A stretch of 64,000 bases of DNA from Chiloscyllium plagiosum (taxonomy: Eukaryota): assembly GCF_004010195.1 (NCBI RefSeq), contig NC_057729.1:58909335-58973334 (forward strand), written 5' to 3'. Shown here one piece after another: positions 50,481-64,000 of the stretch. The position numbers were made by a program, and so were the translations under genes. The notes under the pieces are model-generated. The model made no database searches. It was not told where the DNA came from and saw nothing but the letters and a program-made list of their open reading frames with translations. The first letter of the stretch is position 1. Every line of letters starts with the position of its first letter.

Positions 50481-53400
50481 GAATTTCAATCCCAAACAAA
50501 TGTAGTTGACTCTAACTGATTTTTGAAATTGCACGGTAACTCATTCCTTTGTATCACCACCTTTGCATGCAATTATTGCCCATACATGCTTCGCCCAAAA
50601 GAACCGCATCCTGTGATCAAAACTAATCTCAGTTGCTGGTCAGTGTAGGTCACGTCACTGCTGTGGCAACTTTACCCCTTAAAAGGTCCATTGGATATCA
50701 ATTGATGCAGCTTTTTGTTCCCTCGCCCAGCTGTCTTTGGTGTCTTTCCATTCCCTCCAATCCTCCAATTCTTCTGGTTACTTTTGGAATCCTTCAGCCT
50801 TTTTTAATTGAAGTCAGCACAGACTTTGGATTAAGTTTGAGACTATTAGGCTTCTGTATCTGAAGAGCCCTGTTTTTTATTTCATTTGACCAAAATGATT
50901 TAACTTTGTCATCCTCACTACCTGCCTTCTCACCTAGGGATGTGGGCCAAATGCAAATAAATGGTTCTAGTTTAGTTTGGAAAACTTGGTCAATATGGAC
51001 GACTCAAGACTTAAGCGTCTATTTCTATGCTGTCTGATTCCATGTCTCTAACTGATTAAAGCTCACTTTTCAAGTGCAGTGCATTTTCTTTTTGAGATAT
51101 AAGTAGCTTTAAAGGTGATCTTGGACTGTTTTAATGATGGCATTGAAATCTTCCATCATGAGGATGATTTTGAATATACAGCAAAGAAAATCAATTTTTC
51201 CTCCTACACAAAGGATATGAAAATGTGAACTAAATTTGAACTGTTACATTTCAAGTTGATGTTTGTTTTCAGGACTGATTCTGATTGTTTCCTTTTTGTT
51301 AGGTAGTGTTGTTTGCTTTGTTGATATTGGAATGGTCTTCATATCTGTTTCAGATCTGAAAAGGACAGATCATCTGTTTTCTGGTGGGATGTACATACTT
51401 AATGTTTTCAAGGTCATTGTGGCATTCCTAAGCAATAGGTTGATTTTTACAGTATTCTGTTCAGTAGCTTGTACTGAGAAACATTCAGAATCTGTATGAG
51501 ACTTGAGTTTTAAATCTGTAGATTTATTTTTCAAATTGTGAAGCTTCTGGATTGTTTGTGTGTGAATTTGGTTTGTTAATTGTGGCTTTCAAAGGATTTG
51601 GCTTTCTGTATGTACCATATTACAATAGTGACTGCTACAATTTATTGCCTGTGAAGTAATTTGAGGCTTCTGGTGGTCTCGAGCACAGTGTTAAATAAAT
51701 CTCTAAATGATTGAAAGTGGTGGTGTCTGTCCGTTTTGGAATGAAATGCATATTTATGTTTATTATATTTTATAAGGAATTGATAAAGGTGGAGTGGAAA
51801 TTTGCAGCAAATGGGTGCTAGCAATTGTTTATATTGCTTTGTTGTGGAACAAATAATGCATCAGTTGTCTTGAATAATGGAATTGATCTAAAATGAGTCA
51901 ACCTTTTGATTGAAGCTAATGATTTGGCAGGTCCGTTTTATTTTTTTAGGTCAAGTAGTATTTGCAGCAGAATTTTATTTGAGCTTGGAATTTATAAACT
52001 TTGATCACTTTGGTTTTGTTTTGGAATGATGTATCAAACAATACAAGCTGATTTAATGAACTAAAGTTTTGTGGCATTTATGGAGTTTAATTCTACTTAA
52101 AATGCTGGTGGTAAAATTGCAAGATCCTGCTTTCTTTGAACAGTGGTGGTGCAGTCTCTGCAGTTTTGAGAAAATGAATAAGTTGTGGTGGTATTCTTAT
52201 CATTTCAGATAAGTGTATTTGAGAACTCAAACTATTTAGTACGGCAGATCTCCTGGATTATAAATATGTTAATTTTGTGGTAATTCTGCAAAGGTATGCT
52301 TAATTGTTCAAGGTATTGAATTTTTAACAAGGGCTTTTGTAAAGATTTTTGAATGTGTATTCATTGAAGAAGGTGTCTTTAACTGAATCCAATTTAAAAT
52401 TGTGTAAAGCTTATTTTAAGTCTGCAGTTAAAAATGCTCTTTTCGAGTTGCTTACGTGAAGATTTAGTTTGTCTCTACAATTTGTTGCTGGTGCATGTTG
52501 TATTCAGAATTTTTAATCAGTTTCTTCTGGTTGGAAAATCTTGCTTCACAATAAATGATGATGCTGTTAGAATTTGATTGTGGTTTAGAACTTTTCAAAG
52601 GTGGTTATTTTGTCTCGTCATTCTGGGAAAAGTTCCTATTCTGTTTTCTCATTTTGTTTGTGTTGAATTTGTGTTGTATAGCAAGGTATTTTGGAACAGA
52701 ATGGTGATTTACAGAGTTTAAATATGCAAATGTTTCTTAATCCTTCCTCTAAGTATAATTGTGCACTTTGTTGTGAATTGAGCTAATTGCCATTATCTTT
52801 GTTCACTGCTTTCATAACTGGCACTGCAATTCAGCTGAGTAAAGGCTATGGATGATTCCTCGCCTTGCATGCTTCTGGTTTTGTTTGTGGCAGAGAGATG
52901 GTAAATACCAGTGAACTGGTGTTCAGATTAATTTGTGTTTTGTTACCATAATGGTCTGTTTGACATTTAGCTGGGCTACATCACTTGCTTTTCCTGTTTC
53001 TTAGGCAATGATTCTGTTGCCTGTCCTGAACAAAGGAGACTTGATGGACCACATTGATTTTGCTGATTGCTATGTATGTGTATTGGCATTTGTTGAGTGA
53101 CACATTTTAATTTTCACCTTACTTCCTTGTGGCCTTGCTGTGCTCAACTTGATGGGAGAGTCAGTCTCTCTCAAATGTTTCTGTAAACAGTTGGTGTAAA
53201 TCTTCCCTGTGTGAGGTGGAGTTACATTCTTGTTGATGTTTATTAGCCACCCTCTGCCAGGATTGAAGTACTGGTGTCAGCCATGACATGATGGGTACCA
53301 CTTTTGTCTGAGTCAAGATTAGTAATTGCTGTTTGTGAGATCTTGTTGTGTGAGTTGGCTGTTCTGTTTCCTGCATTTACACTAGTAATTGATTATGCTT

Positions 53401-56400
53401 TTAATTTTTGTAATCCGCTCTAATGCACACTGGGATGTTCACTATAATTGCATTTTGGTTTTCCACAGCCTTCACATGAAGCAATATTTGGTATGCCTGT
53501 TGGCTCAGTTTTGCTAAATCCAGAGATAATCTGGAATAATGCATTGAAATGAGAACTGAAAGAAAAAAAATCAGAGACAAAATATAAATGCTGGAGATGT
53601 TCAGCAGGTCTAGTATCGCCTTTATTACACTTGTTTTTAATGGGGTGGAAATCTTAAGCTGGTTAAATGGCCAGATCTGCACTTGAGCAAGAAGCAGTAA
53701 TTTTGTTTCATTGTACATTGAATGTAAATAACCACATTAAAGTGCAACAGCTACAAATTTGGAGTAAATGCATGTGCTCTATGACAGGCCTACTAATGGA
53801 TTGGCCAGTCTGGCTGTGCTGACTGATGCAGTGGATGTTTGCATAAGGAGGAGTATTTTGTGTAGTTGGATTTGGTTCACAAGGAAATGTATTGTCATTC
53901 TGGTTAGTGCAATGATGGTAGAGCCCTACAGGGTAAATTGCATTGATGTGACTGACTTTAATAAGCAGTTGCCTTGATTTGTCCTTGTAATGTGTATATG
54001 TCCTCCAAGGTTTTGCACCTTGTACCTGTTTTCTGGATACAGCCATGTTTGGAAAGTCAAATCTGTAGTAGAATCTGTAGGTGCTTCACACAATTGATGG
54101 TGCATGGATGATTTTTTTCATTTTTTTTTACATTGCTGAAATTCTTGGTATAGTTGTAGTAACCTAAGGAAACCTGGCTGCACTTAGTATACTATTACAA
54201 TAAAAAAAAATTGGCAAGAGTTTACAATTTTGTGTAGTATGCTGGAGCAAAGTTAACTTAGTCCTTATACAGTTATTAACTACTTAATCTAGCAGTTTTT
54301 TGAAAAACGTCTTTAACCACAAAAATTGGTATTCCGTGTTTAATAAGTGACAAAAGAATGGCATAAAATCATTAATTTATGGGGTTATGGTGCTTCCCCT
54401 TTAGAACATCCAGTACTTAACACTATGGAATCAACAAGATATTATTTCTTCACATATAAATAATTGTTAATTACTGAAGAAAATGTTATCATTTTCTTTT
54501 ACCAACATAGGTTGGTCTTTTGAGGTGTTCGCACTGTTCCTGTTCTTATAACTTTTTTCATTTCTAGAACTTGGGTGATAAAAATCAAATTGGGTATACA
54601 GGTTAAAATTCAGACTTTTAATTTTCTCAGATTCCACTGCTTTGTAAAAAATTTAATTAAAGTTATCTTTTCAAGGTGGCAGAATTGATGCTAAATTGGC
54701 AGGTTCCCTTCTGCCTCCAGGATGACTGATGAAGGAAGTGGAATTGCCATGCCCGTGTTCTTGGTTAAATGGAAGTTACTTTGTGTACAGGATAGAAACT
54801 TTATTCAGGGTTTGGCAGTGTCACATCTGATCGGAATTCCTTTTAAAAGAAACTTCAGTGATCCCTGTTTTAATCACTGAAGGGCATACATGGAAAGAAG
54901 CCAGTCAGTTTATCATTTCAGTTTCTGCTGCACTTTGGGACTATTTCCAATACAGTTCCCACACACTCTTGAAAGCACACACAACAACTATTACTGACTT
55001 AGCTTCAAACTCACTTTAATAATGCATTCGTGTTCTAACAACATTGAGCATGAAAAGCATTTATCTAAGCATCATTTTTTTAAGACCAATGTTCTCTATT
55101 TTAGGCTTATTTGTTTAATGTATGGAATTATGACAGTAGAACAAACTAGACGGGATTTGGTAATGTTAGGAAAATAGTTTTGTATCATTAAAATAGGGGA
55201 GGTAGTTAAAAATCTTCATACATCGTACTGTAGTTTTGTACTGTACATTGAAGTTCTAGGCATATAGAAGCCAAGTACTACTGGTACTCCAAATCTGAAA
55301 CAAACTCAAAGTGCTGGAAAAACACAGCAGGTCTGGCAGCATCTGTGGAGAAACAAGTTGAATTCATGTTTCAAATTCATTATGAACAAATCATACTGGA
55401 CTCAGTGTTAACTTGGTTTCCCTCACTACTGTGAAGTAAAATTTCACTTCCTAGGTTGCATTGAATGTTTTTCCACAGCCATTGAGGATGTGTAGGAGCC
55501 TGGACCAATGAAATTTTTGAATCTCTTGCTCGGGCTTGTTAACTCTACCACATGCTGCCACTGACAGAAAGCCTTGTGTGCACCTCTAGAATGATCTTTA
55601 AGAGCATGTCACTGTATCTTGTACAAATTTTAGTTAACATTAGTCAGGATATGAGTGTAGGGGCAAAGGTAAGATGGAATCTAAGGTCTTTTGTCTGATT
55701 CTTGTTCTCTTAACTGAGTCACACGTTAAATGACTTGCCATCAACTTCATGATTGTTTTGTCTATCTCAATCCTATTTCAAATAGCGATTGTCCATTTTG
55801 TTTCTTTATATTTACTGGTTAAACAAAAGGGTAGTCCAAAAGGTGCTCTGCAAAGAACATATTGCATCTACCCACATAATCACATTATATTTAGCAAAAG
55901 TTTAAATTTCTAATTGTTACTTCTGATGATATGGATTCTCACTGAAACACACACAGTTTTTCACAATTTCTATTCCTCACGGCAAATCCCTAAACACATT
56001 CTCAACCTGAAGCAACACTAGCTATTGGTAATAATATTACCAGTCAGCCAAGAGCTTTGTAACAGACATTTTTTTTCAAAGTACTATGGTGAGTCTAAAC
56101 TCTGGGTTCAGATGATGACTGTAATTCAAGTTTCATAACTACAGCTATTGCTTTAATGAGATTGTTGTCTTATATTATCAGTCCTAAACCTAATCCTTAT
56201 CAAAGTCACCCCAGTTAACTGTTCATTCCCTATTATGGTCTTTTATATTCGGGGCAATTTTTACACATTGGGTAAATGCTTTTGAGCAATTAGCTTCTTG
56301 TGGAATAATTCAGCATAATACAGGAATTCTCAAGTCAATTTTAATGCATGACTTCTAAACTATTTACATCATGAAGCTAAATTGCCTTTTACCACAATAT

Positions 56401-59246
56401 TTTTCATGAACCATGTTACTCTAAAAATTGACAAACCTAATGATATACCTGAACATTTACATTGTAAATCAAATGATTGTTAATAGCATACAATTTCTCC
56501 CAACCCTGGCCAGTGAATTTCAGAAATTTTGGAGTCAGATTGCAAGCATTTTTTTTTTGTTTTTAAGGTAAATTTATACAGGTGAAGATTTGTAGTTTAA
56601 AAATCTCTTAGCTTGTTAAACTGTGGAGTATTTGTGGAAGTTTCTCTTGGTATGGTAACAAATTGCAAATAGATTGCTTGTATTAGATACTGGTCAATGA
56701 TGTTTCTAAATAGGTAATGGTCATACATTGTAGAAAGCCTGAACTTTTCTTTGGTAGAATACATCGTCCCTCACCTCGTTGCTGTGGACAATGTCACAAG
56801 TCTTCTAATTTAAAATCTTCATGAACATAATATAGTTATACAACAGTTATTAAATCCAAAGTTATCTGTCATCTACCAAATTCAAATGCCAAACCTCATT
56901 GCTTCAAATTAGGAAGTGTGTATTGTTCCAAATTGTTGTAGCTCAGTGTGAAATAGCTGAACCATACAGACCAGTGAAGTCCCAGAATTAATCCCTATTC
57001 TTCAGAGCTTATCTTAATGAGTGCAATAGAAGGGTGCTACTCTTGGGATAGTAAGCAGCAGTTCTTGTAATAGCAAGAACTTGGCTGTTGTCCATTAATC
57101 TCTGGAGGTTGTGTGCATTAGGCCATAGTGGGTTTGTGTTTGGCTGTGTCAGCAAGGTTTGCTAACTTTTCTGACCTCTCTGGTCTAGAATTATGCTAGT
57201 ATGGCTACTTGAGTAAGAAAAAGGAAGGTCCCAGGCATCCATGGAGTTGTACTGCATTGAAGATTGAACTTCGGAAAAATCTTTTCACAAGTTTCCATGA
57301 AAAGAATCCAGGGAATTCTCTTTTGCTGAGTAGCCTCCTATTTCCTGTGTTGCTTCCCCCCCTCAGTTGGCTATAGAGACTTGATTATTGCCTTGAATTC
57401 ATAGTCTCCCTTTATATTTCGCTAGGGGAGATTTGATGGTTAATGTTGCATAACATGGAAAGTTGAGGAATTCTGAAATGTTCAGCTTGAACTGATTCCA
57501 CAAGATGTGGTCTTACGTGGTGACATTCATGTACACGCCAACAGGCTGATTACTTTGCGTATTGCAGACATTGATTTGTCATCCCGTTTATTCTTTCTGC
57601 AGTCTGTAAAGTTGGTTTAAATTGGTTGACAACAGGATTGGCTGGTGTCCTCAGCTGCTTAAGGGAAACGCCACTGTTTTGGTTACAGGTAAGATTCTCT
57701 TCTGTACAGGTTGTTTTAGATATAGAATTTTAAAATTGATGCAGGCTCCAACTTAGTTGCATTAAAATTTTGAGCTGAAACATTGAGATTTACAATTTTA
57801 ATTGGTATTTAGTAAAAGGGCATTTACCTTGAGGTTTGGTAGATTAACATGATTTAAATATGTCAGACTCCAGTTTATTGGCTATTTTGTTTGAAGATTT
57901 TTTAAAAATTCAGACACATGACTCTGTTTTCAGCTGTAAATTCTGTCTGCAGTGCTCTTTATTGGCATTGAATTTTAATGTTTGATCTGCAACATTGTTA
58001 TTCAGAAGTGTTAAGTTTGCAAAGCCATGTGTCCTATGTTCAAAATTTGCAGAATTGGCTATTAGCATGGAATGAGCACAGAAACAAACCCAGAAGAGTT
58101 GTGTATCAACTAAACTTGAGTTTGCTTACTGTAGTAGTCTGACTGTTGCAAATTCTGGTATGCTTTACAAGCTGAGATAGATTTGAAATCTGAATTGTAG
58201 TTTACTTGTTTTTGCATTCACATTCAATATTGTAAATTGCAATGTATCTGTAAGAAGGTTTGACATTCAAAGAAACATATGCCAGAAATGTCAGATTTGA
58301 TTTGCATGCTAAAAACACTGGCTAGACCGCATCATCTTTCCACTCTGACTTGTCCTTCTGCTTGTTGAACAATCAGTATTGGACAAGCATAGCTTCACTC
58401 CACTTAATAGTACTGATTTTCTGAACACTTGTCTTTGAACAGCACTACAAAACCCTTCCCATGCAGCTGTCTAAGACTGAACTAGACCATTCCTCTCCCC
58501 ATCTGACTGCCTGCCTGCTTCCACAACCTGCATCAGATATCAGCTGGAAACTCCATTTGTGCCTTTGTTACCTCTAGACATGACTGTTGCTCCCCAACTG
58601 TAAATCATGACCCCTGTGCTTGCTGACTTATGTTGAATCTGGGTCTGGCAATAACTCAATTTTAAAAATTCTTCACCATGTCAAATTGCTTTGATACCAC
58701 CACCTCCTACATGTAATTAATCCATCACTCACTGACCCCTCTAATTCAGGTTTCTTACTGTCCCATCTTTGGTAGCTGACTGTTCAGCTTCTAGATTCTG
58801 TAGTCTGCATGTTCCTTCCTGAGCAAAGCCTCTTTCATTTCTCACTCTTTAAAATCTAGTAATTGACCAACCAAGCTTTTGGTTATCTGTCCTAATGTCT
58901 CCTTATGTGGCTTAGTGATGTATTTTCTTTGGTAAAGCTCGTATTGGTCTGTTATTATTTTGTAATAAATGCAATTTGTAGTGGTAAAAGGAAGTATCTT
59001 ACTGTTGTGGTTTCTTAATTGCTGAGCAATTAGTATTATGCAAGTTGGACTTATTCATGCAATGTTGATTTAAAATCCTGTCTTAAAACTGGTACAATAT
59101 CTGCAAGAAGTTGGTTTTCCTGTGATGGCTTATATTGTATGCTAAGTACATTTTTACATTTCTGGTTAGGCTGGTTTTGTTCTAACAAGTCTGACGTAGT
59201 TCGTGCCTTTCTCGTCTGCAGGTGGTTGTTATTGATTGTGCTCAGC

Positions 59247-61751
59247 ATGGCCGTGGTCATCCGCTTGCAGGGTCTCCCCATTGTGGCGGGGACCATGGAT
59301 ATCCGCCACTTCTTCTCTGGATTAACCATTCCTGATGGTGGTGTGCATATTGTAGGTGGTGAACTTGGTGAGGCTTTCATCGTTTTCTCCACAGATGAAG
59401 ATGCACGGCTTGGTATGATGCGTGGTGGGGGTACAATTAAAGGATCCAAAGTATCACTCCTACTCAGTAGTAAAACTGAAATGCAAAATATGATTGAGCT
59501 GAGTCGTAGGCGTTTTGAAACTGGTAATGTGGATATGCCACCAGTCGGCTCAAGTAGACCAGGTCCAACTAGTAATACTAGTATTACTGCAAGGGGTAAT
59601 TTACCTACAACTATGCCTAACTTAAACACTCCCACTATGGTCACTACAACCTCCTCGTTACATGAGAGCGTAGGGAATAAAAATGTGCCCACCTTTTCTG
59701 CTGCCAGCATGGGAAGTACACCCTCGAGCCTCAATCCCACTTTTAGCAGCCCTGGGTTTACCATGGGTTCAACTATAGCCAGCACTATGCCACCACTGAA
59801 TACAATAAACTCCGTACCACCTTTACCACCACTTCCTCCTTTACCTACAATGCCATCACTGCCACCTATGCCTTCAATTCCTCCAATTGGTATCCTGCCA
59901 CCAGTGCCTCCCCTTCCTCCTATAGCACCTCTCGCTCCAATTCCTCCCATGCCACCTATACCTCCAATACCAAGCTTACCACCCATGCCCATCAATGCAG
60001 GTAGTACTCTTCCTCTAGGAAGCTCTGGGCCCAGTGGAATGAATGGTTCTGGGTCTACATTAGGCATCAGTAATAGTGTAAGTTCCATGTACATGGGTCC
60101 TCTAGGTTCATTAAATCCACTGCACCCCATGAATTCCCATAGTTCAATTAACAAAGGGCCACCACCAATTAAGTCTGATGATGTGTATGCCCATATCTAT
60201 GGGATGCCATATACTGCGATGGAATCAGATGTAAGGGAATTTTTTCATGGACTCCGAATTGAAGCAGTGCACATGATGAAAGATCATCCAGGTCGCAATA
60301 GCAGAGATGCAATGGTGAAGTTTTATAGTTCCTCGGATACATTTGAGGCTCTGAAGCGACATGGAAAAATGATGATGGGCCAGAGATTTGCTAATGTATT
60401 CCCTGCAACAGAGAGGCAGTGGCTCAGTACTACTGTTGGCTTTAGTACACCCAAAAGCATGGGCCCCCCACCTTCCATTGGGCATTATGGACAGAGCCTA
60501 CCTCCATTTCATACATCTCGGTCTGAATCTCCAAGCAAACGTGAACGATCACGATCGCGCTCCCCTCATGATAAGGAGTTCTGCGTTTATTTGAAAGGCT
60601 TGCCATATGAGGCTGAAAATAAGCACATCATGGAATTCTTCAATAAACTGGAACTCATAGAGGATAGCATCTACATAGTATATGGACCAAGTGGAAGAGC
60701 AACAGGTGAAGGCTTTGTAGAATTTAAAACTCACACTGATTACCAGGCAGCTTTATGTCGCCACAAACAGTACATGGGCAGTCGCTTCATCCAGGTTCAT
60801 CCAATTACTAAAAAAGCGATGTTGGAGAAGCTAGAAAATATTCAGAAGCGAGCACACAACTTTGTGCAAAATGAGCAGAAGAGAGAAGTAACAGTGAAAA
60901 CTGAGGAAGTGTCTAGTTCACCAAAAATATGTGGTCATATATGGAATATCCCTTATAATGTAACCAAAAGCGATGTGTTCCAGTTTTTGGAAGGTATTGG
61001 ACTAGCAGAAAATGGTGTCCAGATTCTTGTTGACTCTAATGGCCAAGGGCTTGGGCAGGCCCTTGTACAGTTTCTAAATGAAGAGGAGGCACAGAAGGCT
61101 GAGCGACTGCATCGCAAGAAGCTAAATGGACGTAATGCATTTCTTCAACTGATTACTCTTGAACAAAAGCAAGAAATGGAAACAAATCCACCATTTCAAA
61201 CCAAGAGCCAGAAGAATCCAAACCAAGGGAGCCTTGATCCTCCTTTCCTCCCCTGTGTTGGAGGTGACAGCATTTTCTCACCAAGTGTCAGTTCAAGCAA
61301 TCTTAATGGCCCTGTACCACCATTCAACCCTGTTAGTAGCTTTAGTGGATCGACTAACATGTTTGGACCAGGGCCGAGTCCTGGATCAGGGGTCAGTGTT
61401 AGTATCGGTGATGGCCCAACAGGAGGGCCTGTATTTGGAAGCAGCAGTGTCACTAGTTTTCCAGGAGCAGGTGTTGAGCCAAGGGTTGCAAGTGGTCCTT
61501 TAACTACCAAAAGCCCAACAGTGGTTAAAGTGCAAAATTTGCCCTTCAAAGTATCTGTGGATGAAATTTTGGATTTCTTTTATGGCTATCGTGTGATTCC
61601 CGACTCTGTGTGCTTGCAATTCAACGAGCAAGGCATGCCTACAGGTGAAGCAATGGTTGCTTTTGAATCCTGCAATGAAGCAATGTCAGCTGTCGTTGAC
61701 CTGAGTGATAGACCAATGGGATCCAGGAAAGTGAAACTTGTCTTGGGATAA
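59247..61751 (+). CDS. RBM12: RNA-binding protein 12, 834 aa, single coding exon, multiple (q)RRMs plus a Pro-rich region
   Basis: N-terminus MAVVIRLQGLPIVAGTMDIRHFFSGLTIPDGGVHIVGGELGEAFIVF and C-terminus RPMGSRKVKLVLG match RBM12. The acceptor CTTTCTCGTCTGCAG ends at 59221, so the true start is ATG 59247 rather than 59139. Confidence 0.97.
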   Translation: MAVVIRLQGLPIVAGTMDIRHFFSGLTIPDGGVHIVGGELGEAFIVFSTDEDARLGMMRGGGTIKGSKVSLLLSSKTEMQNMIELSRRRFETGNVDMPPVGSSRPGPTSNTSITARGNLPTTMPNLNTPTMVTTTSSLHESVGNKNVPTFSAASMGSTPSSLNPTFSSPGFTMGSTIASTMPPLNTINSVPPLPPLPPLPTMPSLPPMPSIPPIGILPPVPPLPPIAPLAPIPPMPPIPPIPSLPPMPINAGSTLPLGSSGPSGMNGSGSTLGISNSVSSMYMGPLGSLNPLHPMNSHSSINKGPPPIKSDDVYAHIYGMPYTAMESDVREFFHGLRIEAVHMMKDHPGRNSRDAMVKFYSSSDTFEALKRHGKMMMGQRFANVFPATERQWLSTTVGFSTPKSMGPPPSIGHYGQSLPPFHTSRSESPSKRERSRSRSPHDKEFCVYLKGLPYEAENKHIMEFFNKLELIEDSIYIVYGPSGRATGEGFVEFKTHTDYQAALCRHKQYMGSRFIQVHPITKKAMLEKLENIQKRAHNFVQNEQKREVTVKTEEVSSSPKICGHIWNIPYNVTKSDVFQFLEGIGLAENGVQILVDSNGQGLGQALVQFLNEEEAQKAERLHRKKLNGRNAFLQLITLEQKQEMETNPPFQTKSQKNPNQGSLDPPFLPCVGGDSIFSPSVSSSNLNGPVPPFNPVSSFSGSTNMFGPGPSPGSGVSVSIGDGPTGGPVFGSSSVTSFPGAGVEPRVASGPLTTKSPTVVKVQNLPFKVSVDEILDFFYGYRVIPDSVCLQFNEQGMPTGEAMVAFESCNEAMSAVVDLSDRPMGSRKVKLVLG

Positions 61752-64000
61752 CTCCAAATTCTAAATCAAGGTTGTAGCTTTGTGTAGGCTTCCCATAAGC
61801 TTAGTTATTTAATATGGAGGTTATCTGAACTTCTGGCCTGAAACTTGCAAGTGTTTGCAACTGACTCTTTGACCCCCATTATTTGGAATCTGATGAAAAT
61901 ATTTAGATGTCCAGTGGAAATTGTAAATGCGCCACTGATAGTGTAGACCTAGCAGAAATGGATGTTTTGTGTAGATCCATGAAACTGTTAGCTTCCTCAT
62001 ACTTAGGCAACCAGACTATGCACAGATGCATATTAGATGCTAATGTAGCCATGATTCTTTGTTCAATGCAATCATTTTAAGTTTTGGCACCCTGAATGTT
62101 AAGTGGATAGAAGCTCTGTCCTTGGCAACTTTGGCAGATAATTAACCTTGCAAGTTAAAACTGAGAGCTAAACCTAGGTTGGACATTGATGTAAATTATA
62201 GTATTTTGTGCACTTGGGTTTCATTGTCAGCTGCCATTAGACACAGTGAAAATAGTAGGAACTAGGGTACAAGTAAGTTGAAAACTCAGTTCTTAATGTG
62301 CATGTTGACCCTTTGTTCTGGGCATGGTATTTTCTTTTCAAAACTTTTGAGTTTGAGAGTAGCCATTCTCTCCAATCTCTGTATATAACACAGCATATTG
62401 CAGGTTAAGTTGTTTCACTTCCGTGTTCAATTTGAACTTGTGCTATTGTGTGACCCAAGGCTTGATATCATACTGTTTATGGAGCTCATTTGTGTGCTAG
62501 TTATCTATTTGTTCTGCTAGTACCCACACTGTTCACATTAATGCTGCAAGGGTGGTGAAATCAGTTCGGAGGAACTCTTTTCTTTTTTTTAACCACTACA
62601 GGCTGCCAGTTTCTTGCTGTAGAATTTGGCTAATGCAAGACTTTTAACGCTGATGCACTTAGTATAATTTCTGCATTATACTTTTCTAAAATTTTGTTAT
62701 TTGCTGGTTTGTAAAGGTGTACAAAAAATCCTTGTAAACCCATTCAAAGATCGAATGAATTCTTGTAACAGTGTTTTTTTTTTAAATGCAAGCTGCAACT
62801 GTATTCCTTTCTGGCACTGGGAAATGCTCATTGTATTCATGCCAGCATGCAGTGCTAGTCGAGATTTAGAGTAACTAGCATTTTGAAATGTATTTGTAAG
62901 CAAATGTATGCTGGATAGAGAGTGCCCTGTTTTGGGAAATATTGTACAGCCTTGTTAATGACCCAAGCCTCAATAATCCTACTGTATCATATCCGTAAGT
63001 TTTTTTGTAAAAGATACAAAATGAATCAGTAAAAGTGTGATGCTGTTTTTTTAACTAAAAAGACAATGCGTATTGCTTATTTGAATTTTTGATGTGTTTT
63101 TGCAATGATGTTGAGGAGATCTGAAACGTATGCAACACTACATTGTATAGTGAGAAAGGACTTTTATTGGTTCACTGAGCATCTGTAACTGCTCCCAGTG
63201 CATCTTGGGATATTCCATCTCTGACTTTCAGTTTTGGGTTTTCAATCCCACAATGTACTGTACCAGTAGAATTTAATGTTTGATGCAGTAGGGCGGGATT
63301 TGGAACAGATTGGTCTTAATTCACAAGAGCACAGATTCAGCTCCCACACAAAATGGGTTTCAAAAGTAGCCAATATTGTAATGAAATTGACGGTAATATT
63401 GAGTGGCAATGTGACTCTCCATTCTTGCTGATTGACCCATGAACCAAATTCAACTCAAAACTAGATTGAAGTCTGCTCAGTGAGCTAATGTGAGAAGTCC
63501 CCATAAACTACTTGTAAGTAGCATTGTAAGAACTGCATTGTTCTTTGTGTGACCTGGATTTCTGCTGTTGCAACATATTAAGCATCTTTGTACTGGTACA
63601 GTTGCATTTGAAGATCGCCTTTGTAATTTGCAGACTGATAAATTTTGCATTTACATCTATTTGGTGAGATCAGTAGGAAAAATGTTGAACTGAACCATGA
63701 TGTAAAAGAACACGTTGTACATACGCCGTTATCTTCAGTTTTTTGTCAATAAAATGCATTCCGTGATGAATAAAGGAAACAGCTCTTGTAGGTTTAGATA
63801 TAAAACCTTGTATTGCTTTTAAAAGAGAAATGGCCAGACAAATGGCAAATTTGGTGGCTTTCTTTTGTTTTTCCAATGTTTGTGCAACATAAAGAACATT
63901 TTAGTATATCTGATATCTGAATCTGATGGCTTGTTGGTAACAAAGTTGTCCAATACTGACTTAAATGGATGAGAGGACCACAGTTACCTGTCTGATTTTC

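Noticed and set aside
52550-52900. Possible intronic C/D snoRNA (ATGATGA near 52555)
   Set aside because: No convincing terminal stem or suitably placed D box was seen.
59139-59246. 36-aa hydrophobic N-terminal extension of RBM12 in the ORF track
   Set aside because: It crosses the splice acceptor at 59221; the conserved protein starts at MAVVIRL.
59051-60154. 367-aa Gly-rich antisense ORF
   Set aside because: Shadow of the Pro-rich RBM12 codons (CCN reads as NGG/GGN on the other strand); no independent evidence.

Overview
Vertebrate genomic DNA, almost certainly from a cartilaginous fish (shark): it is dense in HE1/V-SINEs, HER1/CR1 LINEs, Rex1/Babar, L2-like LINEs, Deu-type SINEs and Penelope-derived elements, with four N gaps. 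There are two + strand genes. (1) A spliced gene at ~3.7-34.7 kb, seen only as fragments in the ORF track. I assembled it by hand from 10 GT-AG exons into an uninterrupted 432-aa frame. It has classical Src-family (HCK/LYN-like) exon architecture but appears to have lost the myristoylation Gly, the SH3 domain, the SH2-kinase linker motif and the C-terminal regulatory Tyr tail. It also has a degenerate Gly-rich loop and DFG->DFS while keeping the catalytic Lys, alphaC Glu and HRD. It is a candidate undescribed Src-derived pseudokinase or deregulated kinase. (2) RBM12 (single coding exon 59247-61751, 834 aa), driven by a CpG-island promoter at ~42 kb and probably sharing it with a copine gene beyond the window. 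Introns also hold several tiny (80-240 bp) TSD-flanked Penelope-derived inserts carrying minimal hammerhead ribozyme motifs, some of them palindromic. Repeat boundaries are approximate and were read by eye.
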